NCBI GenBank assembly: GCA_011773985.1
Contig: WVWN01000078.1
Span: 39,151 to 103,150, forward strand
Direction: 5' to 3'
Length of the DNA stretch: 64,000 nt
Origin: Candidatus Zixiibacteriota bacterium
Lineage (GTDB): Bacteria > RBG-13-66-14 > B26-G2 > WVWN01
In this document: piece after piece, positions 1-9,549 of the stretch
Layout of the letters: every line of letters begins with the position of its first letter
Position numbering within the stretch: the first letter of the stretch is position 1
Program-made: the position numbers and the translations under genes
The notes under the pieces: generated by a model
Seen by the model: the letters and a program-made list of their open reading frames with translations, nothing else
Told to the model about the DNA's origin: nothing
Databases searched by the model: none

Positions 1-457
1 GGCGCGCGTATACGTCCCGCAGTTTTTGGTACATGAAAAAGTGAGTCAGCTCGTGGTTTATGACTTGGCGGAACCGCGGGTAAGAACCGTCAAAAGGGAT
101 GACGACGCGGTGTTTGAGGAGCTCGGTGAAGCCGGCTACGCCCTCGGGTAAAATGTACGGGAGTACGTTCGTTTCCTGGAACTCGCTATGGGAACCGTAG
201 ATTATAAGGGGGACCCTTTTTTGGGGCATATAGGCCAGGCGTAGCGAGAGGCGGCCCCACGCCTCTTCCGCCAATACGACGGCGCGTTGGGCCAATTCGC
301 GCTCGGCCTCGTAAAAATATAAGTCGACGTGGTCGCCTTTGATGACGCGCCACTCGTGTTCGTAATACTGGACTTTGTTTTTACCGAAGTAAGTATAGGC
401 CCCGGCCGCGGAGGCGATTAACGTAAGCGCGGTTACTCTGATTAAAGTTTTACGCAT
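1..457 (-). CDS. Exported protein, N-terminal part (FGKNKVQY start, HExxH peptidase-MA-like domain; family often fused to PD40/BamA-like domains); runs off window edge
   Basis: Manual translation from ATG 457: MRKTLIRVTALTLIASAAGA-YTYFGKNKVQYYEHEW...GVAGFTELLKHRVVIPFDGSYPRFRQVINHELTHFF; signal peptide and HELTH motif; no stop before window edge. Confidence 0.7.
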   Translation of the reverse strand, partial: MRKTLIRVTALTLIASAAGAYTYFGKNKVQYYEHEWRVIKGDHVDLYFYEAERELAQRAVVLAEEAWGRLSLRLAYMPQKRVPLIIYGSHSEFQETNVLPYILPEGVAGFTELLKHRVVIPFDGSYPRFRQVINHELTHFFMYQKLRDVYAR

Positions 458-475
458 TTCGGGTCACGGCCGTCG

Positions 476-1420
476 TTATGGGGTCCGGCGGCTCCCCGGT
501 GGTCCTGACGCCGGGCTTTTTCGCGCCAGCGCCGCGGCGCCTATCACGCCCGCTCGTTCGCCGAGGAGAGCGCCGCGTATCGCGAGGTGGGCGAGCGACG
601 CCGGCAGTGCCGACCGCTTCATCCGCTCGAGCGCGCGTTCGCTTAACGCCGGCCAGGCGCGCGCGACCCCTCCTCCGATGACCAACGTGCCCGGATTCAG
701 GAGGTTCACCGCGGCCGCGAGCGCTACGCCCAGGTACGCGGCCGCCTCCTCCAAAACGTCGGCGGACCCGCGGTCGCCCGCTTCGGCGGCCCGCACGACC
801 GCATCAACGTCGTCGAAGGTGGCCTTCCCGCGGCAACGCGCCGAGGCGCGCCGGACGATAGCCGGGCCTCCCGCGTAGGCCTCGACGCAACCCCGCTGGC
901 CGCAACCACAACGTTCGCCAGCTTGGGCGACGACCGGTACGTGGCCTATCTCCGCGGCGAAGCCGTCGGCGCCGTGGAAAATGTCGCCGTCAACAATCAA
1001 GCCGCCCCCCACGCCCGTCCCGACGAATACCGCGCATAGCGGCTCGCGTGCCATGGGGGTGGCCAAGTATTCGCCGAAGGCCGCGGCGTTGACGTCGTTC
1101 TCTACCACCGCGGGCACGCTAAATTCTTCCTGTAATATGGCTCCCAGCGGGACGTTTTCGAAGCCCAGGTTGGGAGAGGTTACTAGGATGCCCGTTCGCA
1201 AGTCGACGTGGGCCGCGACGGCTACGCCTATGGCGGCGCACGGGTAACGTTCTAAGGCCGGCGCGGCGGCTTCGATTATCCGCCGCAAAACGCCTTCGAA
1301 GCCGGCTTCGGGATTTGTGGGAAACCGTTTTTCCCGGGCGACGTGGTTTTGGGCATCGACTACTGCGAGCGAAGTGGTGGTCCCGCCGATGTCGATACCC
1401 AACGTATAACGCGCCGGCAT
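476..1420 (-). CDS. ROK family sugar kinase (glucokinase-like)
   Basis: GIDIGGT, ENDVNAAAFGE, VGTGVGGG, AEIGH, CGCGQRGCVE zinc motif. Confidence 0.9.
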   Translation of the reverse strand: MPARYTLGIDIGGTTTSLAVVDAQNHVAREKRFPTNPEAGFEGVLRRIIEAAAPALERYPCAAIGVAVAAHVDLRTGILVTSPNLGFENVPLGAILQEEFSVPAVVENDVNAAAFGEYLATPMAREPLCAVFVGTGVGGGLIVDGDIFHGADGFAAEIGHVPVVAQAGERCGCGQRGCVEAYAGGPAIVRRASARCRGKATFDDVDAVVRAAEAGDRGSADVLEEAAAYLGVALAAAVNLLNPGTLVIGGGVARAWPALSERALERMKRSALPASLAHLAIRGALLGERAGVIGAAALARKSPASGPPGSRRTP

Positions 1421-1447
1421 GAATTAACCCTTACGCCCGGCGCGGCA

Positions 1448-1738
1448 TTAGAAACGCGATTCGTCGATCAACTTGATGATGCTCGACGTTTTCCGCTCGA
1501 CGCGTTCCTGTTCGCGTTTCCTTTGCTCGAGGTTCCGGAAGTAATCTTCGGCTATGTTCAAAGCGGTCAGTATCGCGACCTTCTCCGTGGAGATGAGGTT
1601 GTTGTTCTCCGATATTTCCCACATTTTATCGTCTACGAACTTCGCGATGCGTCGGACCTCGTCGGGGTTGCGGTCGCTCGTAATCGAATATTCGACGCCG
1701 AAGATGGTCACTTTGGTAGTTTGTTTGCCTTGAGCCAT
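1448..1738 (-). CDS. zapA: Cell division protein ZapA
   Basis: VTIFGVEYSI...IAKFVDDKM...VAILTALNIA pattern; usual position after pheT/zapB. Confidence 0.85.
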   Translation of the reverse strand: MAQGKQTTKVTIFGVEYSITSDRNPDEVRRIAKFVDDKMWEISENNNLISTEKVAILTALNIAEDYFRNLEQRKREQERVERKTSSIIKLIDESRF

Positions 1739-1788
1739 ATCGACCCCCGATAGTTACGGCGGGCGCCCCGGCCGCTGAACCTATCGTC

Positions 1789-2100
1789 CTAGGACATAAG
1801 TTCGGCTTGGCCGCTTTCGCTTCTTCCCATCTCTTTTTCGAATGTTTCCAACTTGGCGAGTATTTGTTCCACGCGCGCGCGGGCCTCTTCCTGTTTTTTA
1901 CGCAGTGCTTCGTTTTCGGTCGCGAGCTGTCGATACTCGTTGATTTTCCTCACGAGTTTATCCTTCTCCTGCTCGGCGGCGTCCAATTCTTTTACTTTTT
2001 GCGCGATTTCCTCCTCCAAGCGGTCCTTCTCTTCCTTGTGCTTGCGGATTGTCTGGACCAGGAGCATCACTTTTTCTTCGAGGCTGGCAAGGTTGTCCAT
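1789..2100 (-). CDS. Coiled-coil protein, ZapB-like
   Basis: All coiled coil (LASLEEKV...RVEQILAKL); lies between pheT and zapA. Confidence 0.65.
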   Translation of the reverse strand: MDNLASLEEKVMLLVQTIRKHKEEKDRLEEEIAQKVKELDAAEQEKDKLVRKINEYRQLATENEALRKKQEEARARVEQILAKLETFEKEMGRSESGQAELMS

Positions 2101-2112
2101 GGCCCTCGCTCC

Positions 2113-4116
2113 TTAGTTTTGATGTTGACTGCGCAAAGTCGCGCCGAATTTTGCCGCGAGCATTTTTATCGTCTCTTCCCGGGCGTCGTTGACCTCTTCG
2201 TCGGTCAACGTCCGGTCGTCGGCCTGGTAGCGAATCCGAACGCCCAGGCTTTTTCGCCGCGCGGGGATGCTCTCGCCGGCGAAGACGTCGAAGACGGCGA
2301 CGTCGCGTACGAGGTCGTTCGATTCGCGGATGGCCGCGACGATGTCCGCGCCGGCCTTGTCCTCGTCGAGGACCAACGCCAGGTCGCGGACGACCGAGGG
2401 GAAGCGGGAAATAGGGCGGTAGCGGCGCGCGGTCGCGGTGAGCGCGCGTAGCGGGCTTACGTCGAGTTCGGTTACGTGGGCGGCGCCGAACGGCTCGACG
2501 GCGGCTTGGCGGTAGGCACCTGTCGCCGGGCCGACGCGGAAGTTCGTCCCTTCCCATTCCGTACTCGCGCCGAGGACTCGGCCGAGCGCTTCAAGGGTGC
2601 CCTTGACGAAGAAGAAATTTGCCTCCCCGGGCCGCCGCGACCAGTGGCGGGGTTCGGCTTCGCCCGCGGCGAGGAGGCCGAGGTGGAGATGCTCGGCTAC
2701 GGTACCGCCTTTGTCCGCCGTGAAGACGTTGCCGATTTCGAAAATCAGTACCGACGGCGCGCCGAGGCGGCCGTTGCGCATCGCCACGTCGGCCAGGTTG
2801 GGCCAGAGCGCCACGCGAAGGTGCGAAAACTGGCTTACGGTCGGGTTGGCGACGGCGACGGCTTCGCAGGGGTCCAGGCCGCAGGCGGCGAGTTGCTCCG
2901 GGTTCGTAAAGGTCGGCGTGTATACCTCGGTGAAGCCGGCCGCCGTGAGGACCTCGCGCATTTTCCGCTCGAGTTCCTCGCGCGGGGCGCGGGCGGGAGG
3001 CGGGAGGCGTCCGCCGGGTAGCGTAGCTTCGACGTTATCGTAGCCGTAGGCGCGGGCGATCTCTTCGACTACGTCAATCTCGGAATTTACGTCGCGCCGA
3101 TAGGGGGGCGCGGATATGACGAGGTTTTCCATACGGTCGAGGCCGACGTCGAAGTAGAGGCGCCTGAGAAGGACGGCCATATCCTCGCCTGTTAGGCTCG
3201 TGCCCATAAGCATATTGGCGCGCGCGGGCCTTAGGACAACCGCCGGCCGCGGCCATTCGGTTTGGCCCTTGTCCGCAGGCGGGGCCAGCACCGTTCCCCC
3301 GGCGAGCTCGGCTAAGAGGGCCGCGGCCCGGTTCGCCGCCTCCAGGGTTGCGGTCGGGTCCGTGCCCCGTTCGAACCTGTACGAGGATTCGGTAGATAGG
3401 CCGTAGCGCCGCGCCGTCCGGCGAACGTTGGCCGGGTCGAAGTAGGCACTCTCGATAACGACGGCTTGGGTGGAAGAAGACACCTCGCTGTCTCGGCCGC
3501 CCATGACGCCCGCGAGCGCTACCGGCCCCTCTGCGTCGGCTATGACGAGGTCTTCCGACGATAGCGTTAGTTCCTCGTCGTTAATGAGGACGAGCTTTTC
3601 TCCCGCTCCGGCGCGCCGAATGACGAGTTTGCGCCCCCGGAGTTTGGCCAGATCGAACGCGTGGAGCGGCTGGCCCATTTCCAAGTTGACGAAGTTCGTG
3701 ATGTCGACGACGTTATTTAGTGAGCGAACGCCGACCGCCTCCAGCCGTTGGGCGAGCCATGGCAGCGACGTTCCCACGTCTAGGTTGGTTACGATTCGCG
3801 CCGAGTAACGGGGGCACAAATCCTGGTCGACGAGGTCCACTTCGACGGAAAGTTCCTTGGGTATGTTTACTTCCTTTATGTAGACGGGCGGGAGCGTGAG
3901 CGGCGCAAGCGTGAGGGAAGAGATTTCGCGCGCAAGCCCTATCATGGATAAGCAGTCGCTGCGCACCGGGACCACGTCGACGTCGAAGATTACGTCGTCG
4001 TCGACGCGCGAGAGCAATTCCACCTCGAGGCCGACCATCGTCAGTTGCTCGGCCAACCTGTCGGCGGGGACGGTTGCGGGGCAATAATCGCGGAGCCATT
4101 TTAGGCTGTATTTCAT
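2113..4116 (-). CDS. pheT: Phenylalanyl-tRNA synthetase beta subunit (short form without OB-fold domain)
   Basis: RSDCLSMIGLAREI, GQPLHAFD, SSYRFERG, DVVEEIARAYGYD, C-terminal FDX-ACB (SRFPSVVRDLA...DRTLTDEEV). Confidence 0.95.
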   Translation of the reverse strand: MKYSLKWLRDYCPATVPADRLAEQLTMVGLEVELLSRVDDDVIFDVDVVPVRSDCLSMIGLAREISSLTLAPLTLPPVYIKEVNIPKELSVEVDLVDQDLCPRYSARIVTNLDVGTSLPWLAQRLEAVGVRSLNNVVDITNFVNLEMGQPLHAFDLAKLRGRKLVIRRAGAGEKLVLINDEELTLSSEDLVIADAEGPVALAGVMGGRDSEVSSSTQAVVIESAYFDPANVRRTARRYGLSTESSYRFERGTDPTATLEAANRAAALLAELAGGTVLAPPADKGQTEWPRPAVVLRPARANMLMGTSLTGEDMAVLLRRLYFDVGLDRMENLVISAPPYRRDVNSEIDVVEEIARAYGYDNVEATLPGGRLPPPARAPREELERKMREVLTAAGFTEVYTPTFTNPEQLAACGLDPCEAVAVANPTVSQFSHLRVALWPNLADVAMRNGRLGAPSVLIFEIGNVFTADKGGTVAEHLHLGLLAAGEAEPRHWSRRPGEANFFFVKGTLEALGRVLGASTEWEGTNFRVGPATGAYRQAAVEPFGAAHVTELDVSPLRALTATARRYRPISRFPSVVRDLALVLDEDKAGADIVAAIRESNDLVRDVAVFDVFAGESIPARRKSLGVRIRYQADDRTLTDEEVNDAREETIKMLAAKFGATLRSQHQN

Positions 4117-4120
4117 CGAT

Positions 4121-5155
4121 TTAAAATTGTTGTAGAAACGCGAAGTCGTTCTCGTAGAAAAGGCGGATGTCGTTGACGCCGTATTTCAGCATGGCGATTC
4201 GTTCGACGCCCATGCCGAACGCGTAGCCGACCCAACGTTCCGGGTCGTAGCCGACGTTGCGGAAGACGCTCGGATGGACCATGCCGGCGCCCGCGATTTC
4301 GAGCCAGCCTTTGCCGCCGCAGGTCGGGCACCCCACGCCGTCGCAGACGGCGCACGATACGTCGACCTCCGCGGAGGGCTCGGTAAAGGGGAAGAAGTGC
4401 GGGCGAAAGCGCATTTTCGTTCCCGGGCCGAAGACGTATTCGGCGAAGGCGGCGAGCGTTCCCTTGAGGTCGCCCAAGGATACGTTGTCGTCAACGAGCA
4501 GGCCCTCTACTTGGTGGAATACGGGGTAGTGGGAGGCGTCCACCGCGTCGGCTCGGTAGCAGCGGCCCGGGACGATTACGCGCAGGGGCGGTTCCTGCGA
4601 TAACATCACGCGTACCTGGACGGGCGACGTGTGGGTGCGAAGGAGCCACTCGTCGTTTATATATAACGTATCCTGAGCATCGCGGCTCGGGTGGTCGGGC
4701 GGGAAGTTTAGCGCGCCGAAGTTATGGAATTCATCTTCGACTTCCGGGCCGTCCGCTATAGAGAAGCCCAAGGCCGTGAAGAACGCGGCTATCTCGTAAT
4801 AGGTCTTGGTAATGGGGTGGAGCGAACCTATCGCCGGCGTGATACCCGGGAGCGTATAATCGATGCGGCCTTTGCCGGCCTCAGCCTTTTTTTCGGCGAA
4901 CTGCCGCTGTATTCGCCCGTAGCGGCCCTCGAGTTCAGCGCGTAACTCGTTGAGCGCTCGGCCCGCCGCGGGCTTTTCCGCTTCCGGGAGCGAGGAAAGG
5001 CTTTTGCTGAGCCGGCTCAGCGCCGATTTCCGGCCGAGGAATTTTACGCGCCACCGCTCCAGCTCTTTTTCGTCGGCGACGGACGCCGCGGCTTCTCCGG
5101 CGGCCTTTTTCAACGCCGTAGTTTCGGCCAACAGTTTTCGCGTCTCGTCCGTCAC
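4121..5155 (-). CDS. pheS: Phenylalanyl-tRNA synthetase alpha subunit
   Basis: LLRTHTSPVQVR, FHQVEGL, FRPHFFPFTEPS, GYAFGMGVERIAM; likely GTG start at 5155 overlapping the upstream stop (GTGA). Confidence 0.95.
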   Translation of the reverse strand: MTDETRKLLAETTALKKAAGEAAASVADEKELERWRVKFLGRKSALSRLSKSLSSLPEAEKPAAGRALNELRAELEGRYGRIQRQFAEKKAEAGKGRIDYTLPGITPAIGSLHPITKTYYEIAAFFTALGFSIADGPEVEDEFHNFGALNFPPDHPSRDAQDTLYINDEWLLRTHTSPVQVRVMLSQEPPLRVIVPGRCYRADAVDASHYPVFHQVEGLLVDDNVSLGDLKGTLAAFAEYVFGPGTKMRFRPHFFPFTEPSAEVDVSCAVCDGVGCPTCGGKGWLEIAGAGMVHPSVFRNVGYDPERWVGYAFGMGVERIAMLKYGVNDIRLFYENDFAFLQQF

Positions 5156-5424
5156 TTTAATATATCCGTCCGTTCGTCCGCCAAGACTTCGTATAGCGCG
5201 GGGGCCTGGGCCTTGGGGACCGATTTGGCCGTCGGGACTTCTTCCACCCTTACGACGAGCCGCCGATTCGGTAACGTCACTTCGACGGTTTCGCCTATGC
5301 GGACGTCGTGGGCCGGTTTCACGCTTTTGCCGTCGACCTTGACGTGCCCTGCGTCGCAAATCTCTTTGGCTCGCGTGCGCTGTTTCACCAGCCGCGCGAC
5401 CACCAGGAATTTATCGAGCCGCAT
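5152..5424 (-). CDS. RNA-binding S4 domain protein (Hsp15/RqcP-like)
   Basis: MRLDKFLVVARLVKQRTRAKEICDAGHVKVDG..KPAHDV. Confidence 0.85.
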   Translation of the reverse strand: MRLDKFLVVARLVKQRTRAKEICDAGHVKVDGKSVKPAHDVRIGETVEVTLPNRRLVVRVEEVPTAKSVPKAQAPALYEVLADERTDILK

Positions 5425-5541
5425 CGCCGACGGTTGCGAATATAACATTATATATCGATATTTGTCAAAAGAAAACCGACGTTGTATTGCGAAACTACTT
5501 TAGGGGCGATTTTATCGCGGGGGGGCATAGCGGAATTTTTA

Positions 5542-5571
5542 TTGCGGCCTTAAGCGTTGAAATCTTATAAT
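5542..5571 (+). promoter_or_regulatory. Putative sigma70 promoter for the CoA-ligase operon
   Basis: TTGCGG (5542-5547), 18 nt spacer, TATAAT (5566-5571) in an AT-rich intergenic gap. Confidence 0.45.
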
Positions 5572-5636
5572 GCCCGCCTAACGTCCCACCCCGGTGGGAA
5601 TGAAACGGCTCCAATCTTAAAAATACCCGACGAGCT

Positions 5637-7184
5637 GTGGCGCGACTTTACGAATACCAGGGCAAAGCGCTATTGCGACGGGCGGGCGTAAAGGTCCCGC
5701 GCGGGCGGCCGGCGTACTCCCCGGCCGAGGTCGCGGCCGTCGCCTACGAAATCGGCGCCCCGGTCGTGCTCAAGGCCCAGGTCTTCGTTACGGCGCGGGC
5801 CGCGGCCGGCGGCATCCAATTCGCCGATAACGCCATGGCTGCGGAGCGGGTCGCGGGCCGCGAGATGTTCGGCCGCACGATAAAGGGCCAACGTTGCGAC
5901 GTCGTCCTGGTGGAGGAGAGACTCGACATCGCGCGCGAGATGTACGTCGCGGTCGTCGTCGACAACGACGCTCGCAAACCGCTCGTCATCTTCTCTTCCG
6001 TCGGCGGCTCGGGCGTCGAAGAGATCGCCGCGGCGCACCCGGAGGCGTTGGTCAAAAGAGACGTCGAGTCGGCGCGCGGCCTGTACGGCTACGAGGCGCG
6101 CGAGCTGGCGCGGCGCGCGGGCCTTAAAGGCCGGGAGCTGGTCGGCGTCGCGGACGCGTTGACGAAACTTTGGCGGGTCGCCCGGGACGCCGAGGCACGT
6201 GCCGTGGAGATAAACCCGTTGGTAATTACGGCCGGGGGCGAGGTGGTGGCCGCGGACTGCCGTATAACGGCGGACGACTACGCCGTCTTCCGGCACCCGG
6301 AGCTGGCCGTCGCGGTCGCGCGCGAGTTCGACCGGCCGCCGACGGAGCTCGACCTCATCGCGTATAACGCCGAGAAGGACGACTACCGCGGCACGTTCTA
6401 TTTCGTGCAGCTCGAGGAAGGTTTTGGCCGCGAAGGCCGCTATATCGGCTTCCACGGCGCGGGCGGCGGCGGCTCGATGATGTCGATGGACGCGGCGCTC
6501 GCGGAAGGGTTCAATATCGCGAACTTCTGCGACACCTCCGGCAATCCGCCGGCGAGCAAGGTCTACCGCGCGGCGCGCATAATTCTCGCTCAAAAGGGCC
6601 TGGTGGGATACTTCGGCTCGGGCTCGGGCGTCGCGAGTCAGGAGCAGTTCCACTCCGCGCGCGGCCTGGTGAAGGCTTTCCGCGAAGTTTGGCTTAATGT
6701 CCCCTGCGTCGAGCGCCTGGGCGGCAACCGGGAAGAACGGGCGATTCAAATATTGACCGAATATACGAAGGACCTTCCGGCGCCGCTCGAGTGCTACGGC
6801 AAGGACACCTCGGCCCGATATTGCGCCCGGCGGCTGCGCGAGCTCGTGGACGGCTACGACTACGACGCTGCCCGCGAGAAGCCGCCAGAGACGCCGCGCG
6901 ATTCCTCCTATTCTTTTAAGACCGTTACCGGCGGTACCGTCTCCTACGATTACGCGAGGTGCGACGGTTGCCAAACCAAGGTGTGCGTTAATGAGTGCGT
7001 GCCGGGGATACTCGAGCTCGACGGCGGCCGGCCGGTCCTCAACGTCAGCGAGGAGGAGGCGGCGCGGGGGCGCTGCACCGAATGCCTGGCGTGCGAGGTC
7101 GAGTGCCACGCCCGCGGCAACGGCGGCGGCAAAATAACGCTACCCATCCCGGGTTTGGGGGAGTATTTGACTAAGACGGCGTGA
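5637..7184 (+). CDS. ATP-grasp acyl-CoA synthetase beta/large subunit, citryl-CoA synthetase-like, with C-terminal ferredoxin-like domain
   Basis: ARLYEYQGKALL, KAQV, EINPL ATP-grasp; substrate region GAGGGGSMMSMD and ANFCDTSGNPPASKVY instead of SucC NGAGLAMATMD/NFLDVGGG; C-terminal CDGCQTKVCVNEC...CTECLACEVEC. Confidence 0.75.
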   Translation: MARLYEYQGKALLRRAGVKVPRGRPAYSPAEVAAVAYEIGAPVVLKAQVFVTARAAAGGIQFADNAMAAERVAGREMFGRTIKGQRCDVVLVEERLDIAREMYVAVVVDNDARKPLVIFSSVGGSGVEEIAAAHPEALVKRDVESARGLYGYEARELARRAGLKGRELVGVADALTKLWRVARDAEARAVEINPLVITAGGEVVAADCRITADDYAVFRHPELAVAVAREFDRPPTELDLIAYNAEKDDYRGTFYFVQLEEGFGREGRYIGFHGAGGGGSMMSMDAALAEGFNIANFCDTSGNPPASKVYRAARIILAQKGLVGYFGSGSGVASQEQFHSARGLVKAFREVWLNVPCVERLGGNREERAIQILTEYTKDLPAPLECYGKDTSARYCARRLRELVDGYDYDAAREKPPETPRDSSYSFKTVTGGTVSYDYARCDGCQTKVCVNECVPGILELDGGRPVLNVSEEEAARGRCTECLACEVECHARGNGGGKITLPIPGLGEYLTKTA

Positions 7185-7185
7185 T

Positions 7186-8094
7186 ATGTCGATATTGATA
7201 AATTCCGGGGATAAAGTCATCGTCGCCGGCATCACCGGCCGCGAGGGGCGCGCGCGGACGCGCCTAATGAAGGGCTACGGCACCAACGTCGTCGCCGGCG
7301 TTTCGCCCGGCCACGGCGGCGAGGAGGTCGAGGGCGTCCCGGTCTTCGACACCGTGGGCGCCGCGGTCGAGGCGGTGGGCGAGATTTACGCGTCGGTTGT
7401 CTTCGTGCCGGGGCCCGCGGTGAAGGAGGCGGCGCTCGAGGCGTTCGACGCCGGCGTAAAGCTCGCGGTGCTCGTCCCGGACCGCGTGCCCATATGGGAC
7501 GTGCTCGCGATAGATGCCGCGGCGCGGGAGGCCGGCGCCCGATACGTCGGCCCGAACACGCTGGGGGTGTTGTCGGTCGGCGAGGCGGTACTGGGGATGG
7601 TCGGCGGGAGCGCGGAATCGGCGCGGGAATGGTTCAAACCCGGGCCGGTAGGGATATCTTCTCGCTCGGGCGGGATTACGGCGTCGCTGGCCTACTACCT
7701 CGGCCGGGCCGGCGTCGGTGCGACCACGCTCGTCCACGTCGGCGGCGACGCCGTCGTCGGCACGCCCCACCAGGACGTCGTTCGGTTATTCCAGGAGGAC
7801 GCCGATACCAAGGCCGTCGTGTTGTTCGGTGAGATAGGGAGCAGCCAGGAGGAAAAGGTGGCGGAGCTTGTCGCCGAAGGCGTAGTTACTAAGCCGGTGG
7901 TGGCGTTCATAGGCGGCAAGGCCGCGAGGGAGGGGACGCGTTTCTCGCACGCCGGCGCGATCGTCGAGGCCGGCCGCGGGACGTACGAGGGCAAAGTGAA
8001 GGCTTTGCGCGAGGCGGGCGCTGTCGTTGTAGACGATTACGATAAGGTCGCGGAACGTACGTTGGGAGTTTTAAAAGACTTGGGCGAGGTATGA
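7186..8094 (+). CDS. Acyl-CoA synthetase alpha/small subunit (SucD/CcsB-like)
   Basis: GITGREG, VAGVSPG, GPNTLG, SRSGG, GEIG, RFSHAGA phospho-His motif. Confidence 0.85.
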   Translation: MSILINSGDKVIVAGITGREGRARTRLMKGYGTNVVAGVSPGHGGEEVEGVPVFDTVGAAVEAVGEIYASVVFVPGPAVKEAALEAFDAGVKLAVLVPDRVPIWDVLAIDAAAREAGARYVGPNTLGVLSVGEAVLGMVGGSAESAREWFKPGPVGISSRSGGITASLAYYLGRAGVGATTLVHVGGDAVVGTPHQDVVRLFQEDADTKAVVLFGEIGSSQEEKVAELVAEGVVTKPVVAFIGGKAAREGTRFSHAGAIVEAGRGTYEGKVKALREAGAVVVDDYDKVAERTLGVLKDLGEV

Positions 8095-9545
8095 GCGACG
8101 AAGAGCGAGGAGGCGGTTTGACCAGTAAGCCGGCGTCGCCGGCGTTCGCCAAACTACGGCCCCGTCCCGACATGCGGGCATCTGTGTGCGAGGGCCTCTT
8201 CGGCCAGATGTTCTTAAACCTCGCCGGGGCCTGGTCGGCGTTCGTCACGGCGCTGGCGTTGAGCCTGGGGGCCGGCAGCCGGTCTTTCGGCCTGATCTTC
8301 GCCGCGGGGCCGGTGGTGGCGTTTTCGCAAGCGCTGGGGCCGGTGCTGCTGCCCCTTTTCGGCGGCTCGCGGCGGCGGCTTGTCGTCGCGGCCAGCGCGG
8401 GCGCGCGCGGCATAATTTTCCTCATCCCGGCGGTAGTGCTTTGGCTCGAGCCGGATGCGGCGCTCGCCCTCTTTATCGCTTGTTTCCTGGCCTCGCAGGT
8501 TTTAACCGGCGCCATGATGAGCGTGTGGACGAGTTGGATCGGCGCCATCGTCCCGGAGCGCATCCGCGGCCGCTTTCTCGGTAAGCGGACGCAACTGATG
8601 ATGGCGCTTGGGCTCGTCGTCGCTTTCGCGGCCAGCGTTTTTAAGGACCTCTCCGTGCCGGGGCGTGAAACGGGCCTGACGGGGTTTTTTCGCCGCCTGT
8701 TCGGCATCGCTGGCGGCCTGTGGGGCGCGGGGGGAGAACGGTACGCCTACTTTATAATATTCGCCTTTGCCGGCGCCGCGGGCCTCGCATCCACTCTCCT
8801 GTTGTTGCGACAACGCGACCGGCCGGCCCCTGCCGTACGCTTTTCGCTCCGCTCGTTGGCCGAGCCGCTCCGCGACCGCCGCTTTCGTCACCTGATATAT
8901 TTCTTCGGATGGTGGTGGTTCGCGGCGTCATTCGGCGCGCCGTTTTGGCAACCGTTCTACCTCGAAGTGTTACGCATGTCCCTAACCGCGGTTCAGATCT
9001 ACAACTCGCTTTTGATAATCGCGATGGCGGCGACCGCGGCTTTGTGGGGCCGTCTGTTAGACCGCTTCGGCAACAAGCCGGTCTTCCGAGGGCTGATATT
9101 CTTGGCGACGGCGAACTCGTTCGTTTACGTTTTCATGCGGCCGGACCTTTACTGGTGGGTTTGGCTGGAGGCCGTCACGTCGGGCGCGATGTGGGGTGGG
9201 GCTATGGTCGCGACGATAAACTTTATCATCCGCCTAAGCCCGGAAGCCAAACGGGATAGCTATGTCGCCCTGTACGCCGTCGTTGCCGGCGCGTGCGGCC
9301 TAGTCGCGACCGTCGGCTCCGGTCAGTTCGTGGCGATGCTGCCGCGCTACGTCTCGCTCGCCGGGTGGCAGCTTCTGAATATGAAGGTAGCGTTCCTCAT
9401 AACCACGGCTTTTCGCCTCGTTTCGCACGTTCCTATGTATTTAGTAAAAGAACCTCGGGCGGTGCCCTTCCGTCACATGATGCGCGCGGTGGCGGCGGAC
9501 GTGCGGCTGTGGTTTTTGCGATTCCGACCCGGCCCCGGCAAATGA
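8091..9545 (+). CDS. MFS transporter
   Basis: About 12 hydrophobic segments; IVPERIRGRFLG and WGRLLDRFGNKP motifs. Confidence 0.8.
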   Translation: MSDEERGGGLTSKPASPAFAKLRPRPDMRASVCEGLFGQMFLNLAGAWSAFVTALALSLGAGSRSFGLIFAAGPVVAFSQALGPVLLPLFGGSRRRLVVAASAGARGIIFLIPAVVLWLEPDAALALFIACFLASQVLTGAMMSVWTSWIGAIVPERIRGRFLGKRTQLMMALGLVVAFAASVFKDLSVPGRETGLTGFFRRLFGIAGGLWGAGGERYAYFIIFAFAGAAGLASTLLLLRQRDRPAPAVRFSLRSLAEPLRDRRFRHLIYFFGWWWFAASFGAPFWQPFYLEVLRMSLTAVQIYNSLLIIAMAATAALWGRLLDRFGNKPVFRGLIFLATANSFVYVFMRPDLYWWVWLEAVTSGAMWGGAMVATINFIIRLSPEAKRDSYVALYAVVAGACGLVATVGSGQFVAMLPRYVSLAGWQLLNMKVAFLITTAFRLVSHVPMYLVKEPRAVPFRHMMRAVAADVRLWFLRFRPGPGK

Positions 9546-9549
9546 TGTT

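Noticed and set aside
1421..1447. 6S RNA at its common position downstream of zapA
   Set aside because: Only 27 bp separate zapA from the ROK gene, leaving no room
5156..5359. Arg-rich N-terminal extension of PheS in the ORF track
   Set aside because: It overlaps the S4-domain gene in another frame; the GTG at 5155 gives normal length and translational coupling
5670..7109. 479-aa antisense ORF and many similar long alternative-frame ORFs across the window
   Set aside because: Shadow ORFs expected at high GC; they overlap well-supported genes and show no motifs
5637..8094. Plain sucCD call
   Set aside because: The SucC substrate-loop motifs NGAGLAMATMD and NIFGGI are absent, and a citryl-CoA lyase gene is nearby; gene symbols withheld
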